Shown one piece after another: positions 1-64,000 of a DNA stretch of 64,000 nt. The notes beneath the pieces were generated by a model that made no database searches, was not told where the DNA came from, and saw only the letters and a program-made list of their open reading frames with translations. Every line of letters begins with the position of its first letter. Position 1 is the stretch's first letter. The position numbers were made by a program, and so were the translations under genes. The DNA is from Tubiluchus corallicola (Eukaryota > Animalia > Priapulida), in the NCBI GenBank assembly GCA_030141605.1, contig JAQGDQ010000621.1, positions 1-64,000 on the forward strand, in the 5' to 3' direction.

Positions 1-332
1 CCCGTAAAGGGCAATAGTTTAGCTTGTTCATTTTTGTATCAGTAACTAAAGGGTTACCTGAGTGTCGTCCTCCTCGGACACCCTCACTCTATCAGTGAGA
101 ACGATCTCTTCCTCGTTCCTGTACCATGTGACAAGAGGTTTCGGTATTCCATGGATCTTGCTAGTAAATTTCACATCTTGATCCTGAGACAGACATCAAC
201 AATCAAAATTAGTGTTTGCGAAAACTTACAAGATTTGGCGCTTAAGAAACCGGTTGACAACTTTCCAGTCATTTATGCAAGTGAAAGATTATTTAAATTT
301 GAAACGAGATGTAACGTTTAAATTTACTATTG

Positions 333-333
333 C

Positions 334-398
<65 letters not shown>

Positions 399-652
399 TC
401 AATAATCTTTATTTAAAGTCGGCTTTTGAATGAACAATTAACAGTAGCTCAAAGAGCTATTATCGCCAACTGTAAATAACAAACTTCAACTACATAACAG
501 AGACCATTATTACCACACTTTTAACCTAAGTACTACGCGCCAGGCAGGGCAACAGCAGGTACCACTTTTAAAGTCTTTGGTATGACCCAGCCACTGTATC
601 GAACTCACAACCTCCCAATGGGAAGTGGACACGTTACCACTAGACTAAACCA
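333..652 (-). mobile_element. Second copy of the tRNA-SINE with (AAT)n tail, in the inverted arm
   Basis: Reverse-complement homologue of 4221-4550 with many substitutions. Confidence 0.65.
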
Positions 653-1167
653 TCTGGTCTAAAATACAGTTTTAACGCAAAAGGAGTGCAGCAATGTAAG
701 TTAAATTTTGAACAGGACATAGGAAATTCACAACAGCAGGGATAGAGCAGATGGCATATAGTATACAGCAAAGTCCTCACTTAATGATACCCCACTAAGC
801 GAAGTTTCATTTTAACAATACTAGTTTTTTCGGGCCCCTTTTTGAGCTAGCGTCACATGTTTCATTTTAGCGATAACTTCCTATCCTCACTTTAAGCACT
901 ATATCTTGTTTACTGCACTTGCACTTTATAAATGAAGCCTACTGTTTAACCCAGATCACTGTATGGTTATTATGCTGGTAATAATTTGCCGGAATAAAAT
1001 TATAACAGGCAGTCAGATCACAATGATTCGTTGCTTTTCCACCTTTAGACAAAATTCTTTAGTTGACAAAACGTTCTCATGTTACACAGTTAATTACTGC
1101 ATTCACCTCATTTGCATATTAGCAACAATAAAAATGACCCTAATAATGAACACATCTATAAATACAG

Positions 1168-1823
1168 GTATGCTTGCATAGCAAAATCGTCCATAAGTCG
1201 GCAATTAAGTTTTTCTAGTTATTCACATATCCTGAATCTCCATTTCATGAGGATCATTTTGATACCAAGCTCATCACTCTATGTTATTTCTAAGCTGAGA
1301 TAATCCACGTTGAAGTTGAGGTGCAGGCTGCACACTGAAAAACATAACCTTGAGAAAATCACTGTTAAAGTTAGCCATTGTTTTTGTCACGTTTCTACAA
1401 AACACTTAGCAACCGTACAAATGTTGGTTGCTACGGACTTTGCAAGAACACATTGAAGTTATGTTTAAATCCAGTAGATGGCTCTTCCAGACGAAGATCT
1501 GGGCTTGGCAACAGAAAAACCCGAACCAACGAGCCACAAACAGAGTTTGAACATACAAGTTTTTTTACAATTTTATAATTGCATTTCTAGTTTCTAGTCA
1601 GAAAACTGGGTACGGGGTTATAAAATCAAATTTTTAGTATTTTTTAAACATTTTCTTGATAATTTGACACTAGAATATAAAGGTCCAATATATTTAGCGT
1701 TTGTTTTCATAAAAAACAAAAAATTGACAATTTGACCAAATTTTTGGTGCATTCTACTTTGAAGCATCATAATGTAGTTTTAACTATGTCGACTTACTGA
1801 CGATTTTGGTTTGCAAGCACACA
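1168..1823 (-). mobile_element. MITE family A copy 1
   Basis: Imperfect ~37-bp TIRs TGTGTGCTTGCA(AACC/TAGC)AAAA.CGTCCATAAGTCGGCA; non-coding; 8 copies in the window. Confidence 0.85.
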
Positions 1824-2779
1824 TATATGCATGAAGATCATTTTCAACTAAATTAACATACATTAAAAAGCGACCAAATAAGGAAAGCATTTTCACCTGT
1901 ACTATTCTCTGATCTCTCAGAGGCTGCACTAACGTCGGCGCCTCCTTTATCTGCTCTACCAGTAGCTCGGCCGTGCAGCTGGCCGTACCAAACTGATTAG
2001 TAGCCTTGCAAGTGTAAGAAGAACCGTCTTCTAGTGCCACATTCCTGATGGTGAAGGAAACGGAACCGTCTTCGACCACGTCAATGCTAAATAATGATAA
2101 ATAAAGCTTTTATTGTTTATTTATTTCACATCAACACAAATACACAATTAATACAGTAAAAGAAACATTACATTTTCTGCTAAATATGTCGTGTAGTTGA
2201 TTGTCGACTACGTCTATATTCCTGCTAAACCTAGAACAGAAATTAAGACCTTAAACTACGAACTTTATGCACGAACAAGAAATAATAACAAAGACGAATT
2301 TTGCTTAAAGGAAGGGTCGAGTTTTCTGGGAAATTACGCTTATTTCAATGTACGCGAAAAATGTTAGAAAGATTTAGTAACAAATATTCTCAATTTTGTG
2401 TTTGCCGATTTCTGTTGGAAATTTTTCGTTTTAAGAATTCTAAAAATGGGTCCGTGTTATTGGACGTAATGCGTTGCTGTCTCTTTCCAGACCTTGTAGC
2501 TGCTTCTTTATTGTTTATTTATTTCACTTCAACACAAATACACAATTAATACATTAAAAGAATTCAATCAATCAATAATTCAATGAATAACAAACAGTAA
2601 GGTACATAATAGGAAGCAAATTTTGGAAAAAAATGATTTAAACTGTCTTTAGACGTAGTCGACAATCAACTACACGACATATTTAGCAGAAAATGTAATG
2701 TTCCTTTTACTGTATTAATTGTGTATTTGTGTTGATGTGAAATAAATAAACAATAAAAGCTTTATTTATCATTATTTAG

Positions 2780-62682
<59,903 letters not shown>

Positions 62683-62857
62683 GTTTGTATTTCTAGAGCC
62701 TTTGTGTTTAATTGCGTATAAAGATTTAATTGTCTAAATGAAATGAGAATAATGAATCTGATATTTGTAAGGGTTAAGCAAAATGATTATAACTATCGCA
62801 GTGAAATAATACAAGTTTTGTTCTACACACACACATGGAGTAGCACAGTTGTAGATA

Positions 62858-63700
62858 CAGTAGGTGCCGCTTAATAGACTCACTTTGGGACCAATGTGTT
62901 TTGACCCAATTAACCAACTGAACCTATTAACCGATGGGTGTAAGTATTACAGGTAGAGAAGTATGTGCCATCAGCTTACTATGCACTGCAAAAGTTTTTA
63001 ATGAATTTTATAAATGAAGTAATGCCTAAATTCCTTTGTGCAGTTAAAAATTCGAAAAAATATTTTAAAATATTAATTTATATAAGTGAATTAGCAATAA
63101 ATTAAAAAGTATACTTTTTTAAATCACAGACTTTTCTAAGTCTGCTTATTTGCAAAAATTACAAAAAATTTCTTCAAAGTCGGCTTCATTTTTTCGCGAA
63201 GAAGTTTAGCCCACAAAGTTTTCGTAATTATAAAACATTGAAAATCTGTGGTTGTGTGCGACTAAAACAGTTCTGAATCGTCTGCTTACTTACATTGCTC
63301 TTATTTGCTGTGCGATATTTAGTCTTGTAAGTCACAAGGAATACCAGCTGATTATACTGTAGCCACATCTTTGACTGTTAACTCAATAAGCCCGAAAGCT
63401 TGCTCTGCAACGAGAGTGTTAAAAGGAAACTGCTAGGCAAGTGATTAAATGTTTAGCTTCCAGAAATTCTTTGGGTGACAGTGGGCGAGCAGGTAACAGA
63501 TTCAAGTTAGCGCATGATAAATGCACCTGCTTATGAACAAAACGGTACTTAACATAATTGTTTCTGAATACATAGTGCACAAAAGGGGTAAAGATGAGAT
63601 AAGTAAGAAAAGCTTTTTTGGGACATACAAATATCTTATTTTAAGTAGGTGAAAGAAAAATATTGAGTCAATTATGCGGACTTATTTGAGTCAATTACTG
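62858..63700. mobile_element. Possible degenerate Tigger/pogo-like element
   Basis: TA-CAGTAGGTGCCGCTTAAT start with a weak inverted match attatgcggactta near 63671. Confidence 0.35.
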
Positions 63701-64000
63701 ACAGTTTTTATGTACATGAGTTATGTACTTATAAACTAGTCTCATTGTAGCTTTACTAATGTCAGATTGATTGTACTTTGTAAACTTCGCTTAAGTTACA
63801 TAGAGGAGGGGTGTAAATTTCTTTTGGGTGAAGTGCATCAGTTGTAATTAACTGCAAAGTAAACTAAGGCAGGTATAATTTTATGTAAAGCAGACAAAGA
63901 GCACAAATAACCATTATTAGAGCAAAGCAGCCATAGTTGGCAGTGAATTATTTGCAAACTTGTAGTAATTAAAGTAAATTAGCGTCAATCGTTTTTAAGG

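Larger units (their letters stand above)
58..2086 (-). pseudogene. Antisense copies of two titin Ig exons (about 1897-2086 and 58-183) in the inverted arm
   Basis: Reverse complements of exons 2780-2969 and 4701-4826. Confidence 0.75.

Noticed and set aside
212-433. Poly-Asn ORFs here and at 4424-4672
   Set aside because: (AAT)n SINE tail
1112-1578. Recurrent short ORFs (HFMRIILIPSSSLYVISKLR) suggesting a multi-copy gene
   Set aside because: Chance ORFs inside non-autonomous MITE-A; frames are not conserved between copies and there are no transposase motifs
1780-2079. Independent minus-strand Ig gene
   Set aside because: Essentially identical inverted copy of exon 2780-2969 within the duplicated arm

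Overview
AT-rich animal genomic DNA, not prokaryotic. Almost the whole window is an internal part of one giant, intron-rich, plus-strand titin/connectin-like muscle gene. I reconstructed about 70 GT-AG exons from 2780 to 62682 with compatible phases; both gene ends lie outside the window. The 5' part (2780-18062) encodes tandem I-set Ig domains. From 18623 onward the gene consists of small, symmetric phase-1 exons encoding PEVK-like modules, most with a poly-Lys run followed by a Glu/Val/Ile/Pro/Thr-rich tract. Three homologous, identically split Ig domains punctuate these modules. The modules form three young exon+intron tandem arrays with alternating two-exon units (periods about 1.52 kb, 0.975 kb and 0.94 kb) and an older three-exon unit repeated four times. 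The introns carry eight copies of one ~0.65-kb MITE family in both orientations, several hAT- and Tc1/pogo-type MITEs, a tRNA-derived SINE, LINE debris, and mini- and microsatellites. Unusual structures include a 2.2-kb inverted duplication of two Ig exons, a minisatellite resembling the 5' splice junction it abuts, tandem poison 3' splice sites, in-frame truncated exons, and GCATG clusters near candidate alternative last exons. There are two 100-N scaffold gaps. Frequent GTTTGT donors would fit an ascidian, but that is inference only. Coordinates were counted by hand and may be off by a few bases.
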